From IMG/VR virus record IMGVR_UViG_3300007539_004938, positions 1 to 64,000 of that record: 64,000 nucleotides of DNA. One strand, 5' to 3'. The DNA is from a virus. The notes under the pieces were generated by a model, which made no database searches, was not told where the DNA came from, and saw only the letters and a list, made by a program, of their open reading frames with translations. The position numbers and the translations under genes are program-made. Below are positions 46,701 through 53,584 of this stretch, one piece after another; within the stretch, counting starts at the first letter, position 1, and every line of letters begins with the position of its first letter.

Positions 46701-48577
46701 ATAGGAAATCCTAAAATGCTATCATTTGGTCCAGATCCAACTGCGTAACTAAAAACTTTATTTCCTTTAAACGTACTTGTAGGATAATATAAAGTATCAT
46801 TTAAGTTATTTTCATCTTTATCAAATAAATCAAATAAAGGCGGCTGATTTACAGTTAACTTATCTTGGCTAAGATTCCATTTCTCTCCGTCATAAAAAAA
46901 CATTTTTCCTTTGTAACTATTACCATTAGTAACAAGAACTGTTTCGCCTGCAATAGGATCTGAATCATCAGTTGGAACAAGACTTATCTGTGTTCTACCA
47001 TTGTGTAAAATAAAGTTTACAGTATATATTTTTCCATTAACAAATGGATCAGGATCAGCAGTAAACATAACCCTCATGCCGTTTGTTATTTCAGTATTAT
47101 CAATGCTGTAACCGACACTACCCTCTATTGTACTAAAAACGTCACTTGTAAAAGTATCAACCAAGTTAATATTTTTCTTTGTTACGTTTCCATGTTTCCA
47201 AAGTTTTAATCCTGCAGAAAACTCAATAATAGGACGCTTTCCTCTAGCTTCTTCGTCTAACTCAGGATCAGCATTATTTTCTAACGCAGATGCAATAATT
47301 ACATCTCTATGAAACCATCTATTATATCTACTCCAAGGATTTCTGTCTGCGCTTCCTCTGTTAATCACAATGTAATCTTGGTCTGCTGGATAACTATCTG
47401 CGTATTCAAAGGGTACATCATCAAAGTTATAAGCATCAAACGGAACTTCTATTTCATCAGTAAATACAGCAGGTACTTCAAGGTCTTGTTGATTAATAAT
47501 CCTAATACTATCACCTACCCCTTCAATAAACCATTCACCTTCGCTGTAAGTTGCTGGAGTAACATTTCCAGCAAATCTAACTTTCATACCATTTGATAAT
47601 GTTATTCCTGTGCTTGTAGTATAAGTTTTTTTACCTAATATTTCTTTTTCAACATCTATTTCACTATTTTCTTCAATGCCCTTATTTAAAACAATACCAC
47701 TTGTATTAATATCTGTACTACTAATATAATACAAATCCTCTGGTACATCAACAGGCACTGTCCATTCAATAACTCCGTTTTCAATATAGTCCTTGTCTGT
47801 TAGAACAAGTTTTCCTTCTTCATTGTAAACATATTTCGTTATTCCTTTTGTGTATATTCTTGAAAGATTATTCTGTTCTATAACTTCTGTAGGATTTAAA
47901 TCTTCAACATTTCTATTATATGTAAATGCAAAAGGATGTCCTGGTGTGTTTATTTCAAATCTATAAGTCTGTTCTTTGTACAATGTAATGGTTGGATTAT
48001 TAGTAAATCCATTTGGAGTAAAAACATATGTAGTGTTATTGTCTTGATCAGATGTAGTTATTTTATATGTGCTTTGTACACTTTTGCTCTGTCCAATAAC
48101 AGTAATACGTTTAGGACCTAAAGGTAACCAGTAATATTCTCTAAAGTTTGTAAACTTATCCCAATCTATATGACTGTCTAATGCATAACTTTGTTGCTTA
48201 TTTAAAATATTATGATTTTTTGTATCAATACCGTTGTACTTTAAGGCACCTAAATAATCAATATAGTCACCATAAAATGTTACATTATCTAACGTATCTT
48301 TTACAACAGTACTGTTTTCAAACTGATACTGTTCTCTTTCTTTTGAAACATCTGGATAAAAAGTGTCATCAATCTTTGTTGCTCTTGCATATCTTCTGCC
48401 AGCATAACTATTAAGTTTTTCTAATGTTCCAGAACTGATCATTTGATCTATACTAGATTGTAAAAACTTTTTATTAGTATCTGTCCTAAAATATTTTGGT
48501 AAAAAATCACTCGAAGTTCTTTTGTAGTTTTCGTCAGTTGGCAGAGCCGATTGGCTTTGATTTTTATCGTATGACAT
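34796..48577 (-). CDS. Giant multidomain baseplate/virion structural protein (4593 aa)
   Basis: Uninterrupted 13.8-kb ORF directly after the gp6-like gene (the gp7 position in T4). Contains FG-GAP-like propeller repeats, W-x5-Y-x2-G(D/T)-x-V modules, G-x-(G/K)-Y-x3-P-x-V repeats and Ig-like V-x-V-(N/D)-G repeats. Confidence 0.8.
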   Translation of the reverse strand: MSYDKNQSQSALPTDENYKRTSSDFLPKYFRTDTNKKFLQSSIDQMISSGTLEKLNSYAGRRYARATKIDDTFYPDVSKEREQYQFENSTVVKDTLDNVTFYGDYIDYLGALKYNGIDTKNHNILNKQQSYALDSHIDWDKFTNFREYYWLPLGPKRITVIGQSKSVQSTYKITTSDQDNNTTYVFTPNGFTNNPTITLYKEQTYRFEINTPGHPFAFTYNRNVEDLNPTEVIEQNNLSRIYTKGITKYVYNEEGKLVLTDKDYIENGVIEWTVPVDVPEDLYYISSTDINTSGIVLNKGIEENSEIDVEKEILGKKTYTTSTGITLSNGMKVRFAGNVTPATYSEGEWFIEGVGDSIRIINQQDLEVPAVFTDEIEVPFDAYNFDDVPFEYADSYPADQDYIVINRGSADRNPWSRYNRWFHRDVIIASALENNADPELDEEARGKRPIIEFSAGLKLWKHGNVTKKNINLVDTFTSDVFSTIEGSVGYSIDNTEITNGMRVMFTADPDPFVNGKIYTVNFILHNGRTQISLVPTDDSDPIAGETVLVTNGNSYKGKMFFYDGEKWNLSQDKLTVNQPPLFDLFDKDENNLNDTLYYPTSTFKGNKVFSYAVGSGPNDSILGFPIKYRNINNIGDIVFDYNLLSETISYQDELQNDFSVNSDVLFLKKYNYLGDNFEYKNAWVKTNKKTIQPVILQYNNMLNNFPIDCFTNAGNLDDLFVKVYIDGKKTNLFSITKRNSLAFVTLPNDLNAYALVVIKCYSNSPKNNNGTYEIPLNYERNPLNENITTFTLGEITDHVKTITEFHPDFEGESLGVNNLRDLGELSSYGRLLLQHEGPLNLPLYHLVSKEYNAISGLNLARKQYNTFKRAFLREAESSGFFGSVKDHVDYIIKVINKDKSTQQPFYTSDMIPFSGFTFEEHTVEFTGPDYFALKNTFDLTTPNSKAVLVYLNDVQLLHEIDYTFSNGFVYIDRELQINDVVKIYEYENTNGSFVPPTPVKLGLLPAYQPQIFVDTTYLTPQKVIQGHDGSIVVAYDDYRDDLLLELEKRIFNNIKVKYDPTILDIHDFIPSSDRTTYFTQKDIDAAMLNGFSEWLSFANNYDYTKNNVVDGNGFTYNYTGTNDFNGKILQGSWRNVYKTFYDTDRPHTNPWEMLGFYIKPKWWEEVYGPAPYTRDNLVLWQDLEKGIIREPNKPISVNTKYVRTDLTKHIPVDEYGRLIDPTTSGLANNVLIQNVKNIFTYGDISPAENAWRRSSDYVFSLLKAWMLLNPATVFGLGFDRSRITKNIVGNIVWKDTQKSIKLTDIVVPKIKDNIQYYTSGIINYVAANINSRIDANLTDYQNELSNIKNQLSLRLGGFADKSKIKLVLDSRSPLNKTSVFVPDENYKIFLNKSSVLDLSVISGMIIEQIKNADGESKGFTIRGYDNANPVFYSYKHIEQFNDPGITVGGVSETFVNWGSNQLYTKGTVVFYNSQYYRASITHTSDATFNSENFVKLAKLPEVGGKSAKIRRVFDFNDLTKVYYGTYFETIQDVVDFMCGYEAYLKQQGFIFDNVSDTGILEDMTLCIKEFLFFNTQNWDNGAVIATSPVANALKYQKDYFGVDNLYDPFYNFSLLSADGESLNPSVLNLYRDNLDFNVKTITESIYLAKLPLIQTEHIILVDNETVFNDIIFDVIPGYRQERIKVVGYKTDYWDGTLNVPGFFYDEAKVIEWSPNTDYNIGDLVKFKQFYYSNTSGHTSGATFDSTKWILLSQKPQDQLFPNWDYKAKQFGDFYDLDTDNFDTEQQRLAQHLIGYQKREYLNNIITDPTSQYKFYQGFIQDKGTKNALTKLFDPLSTANTDSIEFFEEWALRLGQYGSIDNIEEVEYQLNDKYFKTEPQIVELVDNLSKNRTDLTFEIANYQTYAKPTGYTHTPFNTRTDNDIYTRDAGYVRDKDVEWQVHVYDELVNLDIEQVKIGDNVWVHQQGQVWNVLQNVETDLLVNKLEVNNDILQGVPGYTLTVDTYSHNINKDEVIGIYSSVQSGRGFFKVIDVNGASITVETSTDVDVTAFNDSSIPGISRFVTSRFTTVDDWITSIRDPKSYTNTKVWLDTDSNGDWSVYKNTKNWNLQEEVNSTYETDVEFLSAFAVNDNNTLLAVGAPSYQNPSNVGSVKIWSRPNESFEKTSVYDLTPDTTYHDDDANFGASIAISPDGKYIAVGAPDASNVKTKFVGDLYSADSANILYNDIVADRGILWKANKNIDDIDYKVGQDGSTINSLNEDFSPVYMIPADNFGTASGLNNQGVVYIFKKGDTQLYELDTIITSPNPTANEEFGYKLHFRNNPTSGLKLFIGAPGNAAGKIYFVNYDDINGWEYTVDRDYKGQYSNTYAYNTNDVVLYDYAFYKALDNLTPGQADPTDATKWELLTGEDTWKEHTGYVPNFAESLNPNSQNIFVNGARIGENFDVNKHGDVLVFTSINTVNTKERKVGIYAAPYFRWQYVQTLENEFENLFGRNVSINDNGDKVAVSAQYYDGSSTDSGAVYVYKQTGMGITEYAFQQLVENPFKGGHKLFGQNMKFSGNKLAVVGKNIDTIYKTSFDNDETIFDAGNTSFGYVEENTGGIQIFEEIADKFVYAETLKYLRDTSTYDYDYFNFVDNHIYVAFADMIPATENKVDDLLYLDSTYTNLGVIADFRINKSTDSWQVLVNQEEKVNISNINRVFIYDKKTKDIITNLDFIDPRLGKIPGPAEQEIYYKTTYDPAVYTTSDSSNVTVDAGLNWTDTQVGRLWWNVSKAAWYNPYQDSNTYRTSYFNKLVSGFEIEVCEWVGTSLLPSEWNNIANTAQGFANGITGTALYDDNTFSTRPIFDEVKQSFTNYYFYWVKNKLDVPEDGVRKLSADDVAKIITAPQDYGYRFITPLSSNSFALYNIKSYVSGTDSILHISFNKNQENKNNIHYEYQLLSEGYATTPIDSEIERKWIDSLVGYDENVKPVPDKDIPASQKIGVLNFPRQGMFINRLEAVKQFVERVNSVFTTIPIVDNYVITKLLDKDEVPLASSGLFDTTADSASLLRFVEVSKVQTASLTPIVENGRITGANIINPGRGYKNAPLVKITSANGKNAYLKTSIDSVGKVVSVTVVTQGFDYDSNTQLSIRDFSVLVENDDTVGGRWAIYSYQNKEWVRTNNQNYDTTKYWDYADWYATGYNSNTAINHIASYTYDLFALDANINDIVKIENVGSGGWLLLKKIDNQLVEDYTVNYETIGRQNGTISLSTRLYDYSFVTSGYDASIYDSGFYDREPIQELRNILTAIKDDIFVADLSIEYNKLFFASLRYVFSEQSNVDWALKTSFVKAKHNVSELEQKISYQNDNLESYQDYVNEVKPYKTKVREYVSSYTKVDPTGSLVTDFDLPPSHNSITKEIETSKAVLQNNNIEFLDSKYEQYPFKSWVDNNTYDVVSIKVADGGSGYLSAPQVFISGDNGTTAEAFLSRGSVKEIQITNKGGKYYTAPVVTLEGNLADDGTPARASAILGNANIRSTHMIMKFDRVSGKTYIANIDTSETFTGTGAKNKFQLEWPMNLNINTFEVTVDNKKLLSSEYLFGNESNNKKTYERKQGYINIIDAPAIDAVISITYKKDVSMLSAADRTTLYYSPTAGMPGNDLSQLMSGVEYEGAIYDSIDFGTETGFDIGGFAGTGFDTFVNTFEDEIFEITSDSTLVETYILSQALETGYEYNVYVKVAGETQEDDWKIYRLDDPAYDGTTILENIYAQMLPIQGDDSTIEVTIDLTDISTAPGDKVIISKSTSDGSFTPVATTYDTALSGGDLGYTTATGIEAGDITVDGDGFYTLNTSKGPEEMVPGKVIDTLDIQVYTRASDGVANITVANYRIENDSTDVYALPGLPQSNDAVIVKLDDEILSSDRYSIDWINKTLLFDDSTSSIGNTLSIISYGTNGTGLLDTDTTIFDGSTTGIVTSVSWDNERSALVTVNGKVQTQNNQYTLVESSADEPYPQRVKIQFEPGILVDGDHIQYSIYNSIATTYSQIIIDNTFESNGENYYHKFTGDIPVPFNAVPLSHRLLVKSNNKILNPGYSIQFAVTEERTYYLDAWNFADTTAIEQQDVLVFEGMTQLTDDAWTYDPVNCTIDLLRTDVVLPGSQLSVYVIKEAEYYMVDTEVQFESIDSTALDMTEFVQQGDTLTLLASDSTEYSGIVEKIVDNCITFRSIQKDIKDAFQTDNEFIVSVAGEDSTQVKVSGVEYILSNNLTFATPPSSGENIEIYQFSNHDVNDFNRYTYNVTSTSVSPTSDTYVRRNLLSAGVIQLQDPIIGTAYAWVSKNGVLLSPIKDYIVSDDAKAVRLRELPQDNDVIDVLQFGNLPVTPKFGFRIFKDMLGRTHYKRLNQENSYVLQSPLNYYDNTIYLESVEGLYIPNRSKNLPGVLFIEGERVEYFEIKNNTVTQLRRGTLGTGVKNVYEEGTRMYGQSSNETIDYQDTTIVQTIKAVSLDSTQHILNDIVTDINEIDVYVAGKKLVKTQLSVFNPANALDSSEGDTILEPDFSLETRISSDGSTQETVLHLRDDPVEGTEIKIVRQTGKVWNDPGKSLGDSDNAISKFIRRATISLPK

Positions 48578-51500
48578 TAATATCCTCCACCTACTATAAT
48601 ATTACTAGATGTGCTTTGTATACCTGCGTTAGAATTAGTAGTTTCTGTAATAATACTACCTTGTGCTTTTAGTTTTTCAGCGGTGTTTGCTGTTATTATT
48701 TCTACATCAGAAACAGTGGCTCCACTTATAAACAGTTCATCGCTTTCACTGTTTACTTCAAACAAACTACCAAAGTAACTTGATGTTTCAGATGGTACAA
48801 TAACAATACTTGTTATATCTGGAGACAAACTATTCATAATATAAGTTGAAAGTTCTGACCAGTAAAATGTTTCACCAAAATCCCAGTTTTCTAGAGCAAA
48901 ATATTGATTGATTGCTTCTATAACTCGTGATTTTATATCGTTATCGTTTGTAACACGTTCTTTTGATTTTACTATTTTAAATGTTGCTTTCAACTGATTG
49001 TCTGCCTTACTACCGAATAAAACTTTGTATTTTACTGGATGATATATTACTTCATCGCTAATACTTTTAATCTGATTTATTGCATCTCCATAATCTCTAT
49101 ATAAACTATCACTGCTTTGGGGCAACGGTTGAGAAGCAATAGTTCCTAAAAGATATTGTCTATATAAAGTATCATAAGTTTTTGTTAAAACATACAAGTC
49201 AATAATATTACTACTACTAGGATCTATTCTTGCATTTTCGTCACTAGCATGAGTATATTGAAACTTTATATTATCTCTTCCTCTGTATGCTTTGTAACCT
49301 ACAAGCTCTGTAAGTTTACGAGTGGTACTGTTTGATTGGTAAAATACGTCAGTAGAAGGATCATACCATGTTTTATCAACACTTACATTTGGAGTTCCTA
49401 TTAATATTTCTTCATCTGTATACTGGTAAAACTCGCTATCAGAGTATACATACTTCTTTAAAAAAATATAATCGTTGCTATCTTGTTTTACAATCTTTTC
49501 AAATAGTTCTGGATCGTCTACTATACCGTCGTCGTCGCCGTCATAAAACACAACTTCTACTTTTTTGCTATCTACATAGCCATTTAAGTCTCTATATTCA
49601 CTACTTATTGCCCAATCATAATCTTGTGTAAAGGGTGAAAGTCCTCCGGTACTAAATAAATCTCTATTAACATTTAAAACTGAAACTTTATCTCTAACAA
49701 TTTTTCCAGTTTTACTATCGTAGATTTTTTTATTATTATCAAAATAAAATCTTGTTTGATTCTTACTTTCAAATATGTATCTAGATGATCTATAAGTTAT
49801 TGTATAAGTATCACCATTTGTTTCAAATAATACTATCCAACTAGCATCTAGTTTTTGTCCAGTTGTATCACCTGCTAATCCTAAGCTAAAGTCGCCTAAA
49901 ATATTTAAATCTTCTTGTAATATAACTTTCCATTGTCTGTCAGTAAGATCATAACGTAATCCAAAAGTTCTATAAGCAAATATCTGATCAATCATCTGAC
50001 TTTTTACATCATCAATAATATCTCTAACAAACTTTATCTTTACACTTGTAAGCAATGCATCAGTAGGTATAACATTATCAAATAAAATACCTCCAAGACC
50101 ATCAGCAGTTGCTTCTTGACCTGTTTTAAAAACATTAACAACTTTTGTCCAAATTTCAGACTTATCACCTATTACACTTTTAGTACCAAATAATAGTTTA
50201 TTATCTTTATCAAAATAGTATCCTGTTGGTGCAGAAAACTTAACTAAAGCACCAGGTTCTAAGTATCTTAATGGACCTTCTGTTGCCGAAGATACTGCAA
50301 AGTTAATATCTCCATCAGTTATAAAACCAGAGCTTGATACAGAATCAGCAGCATATTGAGACCAACTTAGATTGAGTTCAGTATAGTTTTGTTCTGTAAA
50401 CTCACTTAAATAAAAGTTACGCACATTATTATTTGCTAATATAGACGTTACTTTATTATTGATAGTATTTTCAATATCAGTTCTAGTTACAAAACTAAAA
50501 CCTTCAACATTATTAAGTTTTTCTTTATATAATATACCGTCATTTGCAAAAAGATTTGTTGTACTATATTTTCCAGTAGCATCTGTTAAATCATAATATC
50601 TGTTTATACCACTACTTGTTCTATTAATAGATTTAATTTTTATTATTTCTTGACTTACACCAAGAGGTCCTACATTGTAGTCTTCACCGGTTATTAATCT
50701 GTTTTGAGTATAATATGTGCTAGGTGCATTTGTTTTAATACTTTCAGTTGTTTCTGTACTATTAGCATTATAGACTGGAGACGCAAGGTCAGCAACTATT
50801 ATCATAGTTTCTACTCTTCCACGTGAACTTGTGTATGGAACACGTAAAGTTACATTTTTAATATCTGCTGGTAAAATATCATAGTCTCTATTTGCGCTTC
50901 TTCTATAATATGATCTAAATGTTCCTTTTGGTAGGGTTCCAAATGTTCCGTCGCTAAAGATAAGACTGATCCTATCATCAGTTCTTGTTAGTACGCTAAA
51001 GATATTTCTAACACCTTTATTAATACTATTATAGATTATATTATTACCTTCAACTGCCTCAACTTTTGTCCATAGATCAGACTCTAACTGATTTTCATTT
51101 AAAGAATATAACCAAACATCTGAGTTATTAATATTTGTTACGTTTACATTAATTGTTTGATTAGGCGTTGGTAGATTAACAGTAAAATCTCCTTTTTGTA
51201 AACTACCTTGAACAAAGTTAAGAAAAAATCCACTTTGTGTACTGCCTGGACCTTGGCCGTTGTCTTTATATAATATACCAAATGTATTACCCGGAAGTGG
51301 TGGTTCTTCAATCACACTACCGTTGCTTATATCCGCACTTACTACCTCAAACTCTAAATCTGCTCCATTTACAGTAGAGTTAAATGTAAATATTGGTAAA
51401 ATATTATTTGCAACATTTATTTTATATTTTTCAGTTGGTACTCCGCCAACAATATCTAACTTAGTAGGAGTTCCAAATCTATTAATAGTATTGAAGCTTG

Positions 51501-51984
51501 CATTTATAACTTTTATAAACTGTTCATACCAGTTAGTGTTTACATTATCATTCCATTTTACAGTTTTACCACTTAGATTTACGCCATTGCTATCTAACAT
51601 ATTTTCAGAAGTGCTAACACTTGTAATCTTTAACAATCCTTTTGCAGCTTGATTTCGAGTAACATTATAACTCAATAATCTAGCCATACGTAATACACTT
51701 TCTCTACGTTCAGCAAGTTCTATAAAGTTTTCTCTTGCATTTAAATCTACACGATAACTGATGTTTTGACCTAAGAATGCAATCATGTCAATAAGAGCAA
51801 GGTACTCACTAGATTCAATATAATCATTAAAATCTTCTGGATAGTTTTGTCTTATGTAGTTGATCATAGTTCTGCGAAGATTTTCAAAGTCATAACTTTT
51901 GAAATCTGCGTACTTGAAACTTTGGTATATTTTTTGCCAGTCTTCGGCAAGTAAAAGTCTATTTTGTCTATCGGTTGATGACAT
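48577..51984 (-). CDS. Baseplate wedge protein, T4 gp6-like
   Basis: DFENLR..MINYI...FNDYIESS...LIDMIAF...ENFIELAERRESVLRMARLLSY; FSDGTFG..P; ESIKTNAP..Y.TQNRLITGEDY. Confidence 0.85.
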   Translation of the reverse strand: MSSTDRQNRLLLAEDWQKIYQSFKYADFKSYDFENLRRTMINYIRQNYPEDFNDYIESSEYLALIDMIAFLGQNISYRVDLNARENFIELAERRESVLRMARLLSYNVTRNQAAKGLLKITSVSTSENMLDSNGVNLSGKTVKWNDNVNTNWYEQFIKVINASFNTINRFGTPTKLDIVGGVPTEKYKINVANNILPIFTFNSTVNGADLEFEVVSADISNGSVIEEPPLPGNTFGILYKDNGQGPGSTQSGFFLNFVQGSLQKGDFTVNLPTPNQTINVNVTNINNSDVWLYSLNENQLESDLWTKVEAVEGNNIIYNSINKGVRNIFSVLTRTDDRISLIFSDGTFGTLPKGTFRSYYRRSANRDYDILPADIKNVTLRVPYTSSRGRVETMIIVADLASPVYNANSTETTESIKTNAPSTYYTQNRLITGEDYNVGPLGVSQEIIKIKSINRTSSGINRYYDLTDATGKYSTTNLFANDGILYKEKLNNVEGFSFVTRTDIENTINNKVTSILANNNVRNFYLSEFTEQNYTELNLSWSQYAADSVSSSGFITDGDINFAVSSATEGPLRYLEPGALVKFSAPTGYYFDKDNKLLFGTKSVIGDKSEIWTKVVNVFKTGQEATADGLGGILFDNVIPTDALLTSVKIKFVRDIIDDVKSQMIDQIFAYRTFGLRYDLTDRQWKVILQEDLNILGDFSLGLAGDTTGQKLDASWIVLFETNGDTYTITYRSSRYIFESKNQTRFYFDNNKKIYDSKTGKIVRDKVSVLNVNRDLFSTGGLSPFTQDYDWAISSEYRDLNGYVDSKKVEVVFYDGDDDGIVDDPELFEKIVKQDSNDYIFLKKYVYSDSEFYQYTDEEILIGTPNVSVDKTWYDPSTDVFYQSNSTTRKLTELVGYKAYRGRDNIKFQYTHASDENARIDPSSSNIIDLYVLTKTYDTLYRQYLLGTIASQPLPQSSDSLYRDYGDAINQIKSISDEVIYHPVKYKVLFGSKADNQLKATFKIVKSKERVTNDNDIKSRVIEAINQYFALENWDFGETFYWSELSTYIMNSLSPDITSIVIVPSETSSYFGSLFEVNSESDELFISGATVSDVEIITANTAEKLKAQGSIITETTNSNAGIQSTSSNIIVGGGY

Positions 51985-52007
51985 TTTGCAATCCTCAGCT
52001 AATACAA

Positions 52008-52014
52008 TATTTAT
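52008..52014 (-). promoter_or_regulatory. Late-type promoter ATAAATA
   Basis: Intergenic, upstream of the GAGGA Shine-Dalgarno of the gp6-like gene. Confidence 0.5.
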
Positions 52015-52035
52015 GCATTTTATAATATGCGCACA

Positions 52036-52479
52036 TTAAAAGATACTGTTTCTTTGATCAAAAGTAAAACGTAAGTTTTCACTTATATTGTAGTCTAAGA
52101 AAGTTAATTCAGCATAAACTTGTATACCATATTCAAAACTATCAACAGTTATATTGTTAGCATTTACACGAGGATCATAGTTAATTATTGTAGTGACATT
52201 TTTTACAATAGCACTTTTTAGAGCATCAGTTAACGGTTCAAAAATTACATCCCAAATAATAGTTCCAAACTCAGGATTTTCTAGTTTTTCACCTAGTCTA
52301 ATATGAAAATGATTAACAATGTCTTGTTTTATCAAAGCAATATCATTTAACACCAAATCCTTACTATCTGGATTTACTGTACTAAGTCCTCTATAACTTC
52401 TATCAACAATAGGATTATTTTTAAATCTAGGATTGTTGATTTGCAAGTTTTTGTAAAGATTTTGTTCTAAAGTGCTCAT
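52036..52479 (-). CDS. Baseplate wedge subunit, T4 gp25-like
   Basis: IKQDIVNHF.IRLGEKLENPEFGT.IWDVIFEP...I.NYDPRV. Confidence 0.9.
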   Translation of the reverse strand: MSTLEQNLYKNLQINNPRFKNNPIVDRSYRGLSTVNPDSKDLVLNDIALIKQDIVNHFHIRLGEKLENPEFGTIIWDVIFEPLTDALKSAIVKNVTTIINYDPRVNANNITVDSFEYGIQVYAELTFLDYNISENLRFTFDQRNSIF

Positions 52480-52483
52480 ACTA

Positions 52484-52490
52484 TATTTAT
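52484..52490 (-). promoter_or_regulatory. Late-type promoter ATAAATA, 4 nt before the gp25-like ATG
   Basis: ATAAATATAGTATG; no Shine-Dalgarno. Confidence 0.55.
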
Positions 52491-52497
52491 TATCCTA

Positions 52498-53574
52498 TTA
52501 CTGAAGAGATTTTAACCTATTTCTTAAAGCTGTGTCTGCTCTAGTTAAATCTTGTTCTGCCTGTTTTACTGTTTGTGTTATACCTGGTACTACTGCTTCA
52601 ACTGCTTTTCCTAAATCATTATCTATTTGTTGTGCAATATTTCTTAAATCCTTTTCAAAATCAACACCAAAATCAAGTTTTATATCCAAGTTAGATGCAG
52701 CATCAATAATAGACTCAAGGCCATTTGTAAACTGATCTAATGCATTATTGGGATTCCTAGCACTTTTTACATTATAAAGAGGTTTATCTAACTTTTCAGG
52801 TATGTCCCAGTTTCTTCTAACAGATACTAATCTTAGTTTAGGGTTAGTCCCGGATACTGGAATATTTTTTACAAGTCTAACATCTCTATTAGCATTGCCT
52901 ACAATAGCACTACAAGTTCTTGTAGCAGGATCATAAGATTGTACAAAACCTAAAACTTGTTTAAAATCGATAGTCTTAAAAACTAATATATCATTTTTTC
53001 TAACTTTATCAAATCTAGAAAAAGGTATAGAAGTACCATAGTTTTCATAAGGTGTAACTTGACAGGTTCTCAAATACCTTATTCCACTTTTGCTTAGAAT
53101 ATAGTTTACAAATGCAACATTCCAGTTGTATTCTGCTTTGTATCCATCCTTACTATAATCATAGCCACTTAGTACAAATGCATCTAGTATGTTTTTATTT
53201 TTTCCATTTACTCGCCAATCTGATGCTAATGCTTTTTGCAGATTTTTTTCTAATATTTCAAATCCACTAATGTTTTCATCAAAGTCAGTAGCAGTAGGAA
53301 GTCCTTCTTTGATTCTTGGTCCTTCTATTCTATCAAATACATTGATACAGTTTTCAAAAGCAGGTACAGGAGAATCTGGTAATGCAGCAGCTCTTAGATT
53401 TTCTACCACTTGTGATAATCCAAGTTCTGTTCCGATATTTTCTGCAAAAGTATTAAAAACTGTATCTGCGTTTTGTATAGAATTTTTTGCTCTAACCGTA
53501 AAGTCTCTAGTTGTTTGACCAACATCATCTACTGCATTAGCAACAACAGTTATCAATGAATCGTCTTGTGCCAT
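52498..53574 (-). CDS. Baseplate-associated protein with degenerate CHAP/NlpC-P60-like domain
   Basis: WNVAFVNYILSKSGI...NDILVFK...VLGFV...IVGNAN resembles the WCaaFV..GD..vF..GHV..GN pattern, but the Cys and His are absent. Confidence 0.45.
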   Translation of the reverse strand: MAQDDSLITVVANAVDDVGQTTRDFTVRAKNSIQNADTVFNTFAENIGTELGLSQVVENLRAAALPDSPVPAFENCINVFDRIEGPRIKEGLPTATDFDENISGFEILEKNLQKALASDWRVNGKNKNILDAFVLSGYDYSKDGYKAEYNWNVAFVNYILSKSGIRYLRTCQVTPYENYGTSIPFSRFDKVRKNDILVFKTIDFKQVLGFVQSYDPATRTCSAIVGNANRDVRLVKNIPVSGTNPKLRLVSVRRNWDIPEKLDKPLYNVKSARNPNNALDQFTNGLESIIDAASNLDIKLDFGVDFEKDLRNIAQQIDNDLGKAVEAVVPGITQTVKQAEQDLTRADTALRNRLKSLQ

Positions 53575-53584
53575 GTATTCTTCC

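Noticed and set aside
52015-52032. Short imperfect inverted repeat between the gp25-like and gp6-like genes
   Set aside because: AT-rich, weak stem with no convincing U-tract; not called as a terminator.
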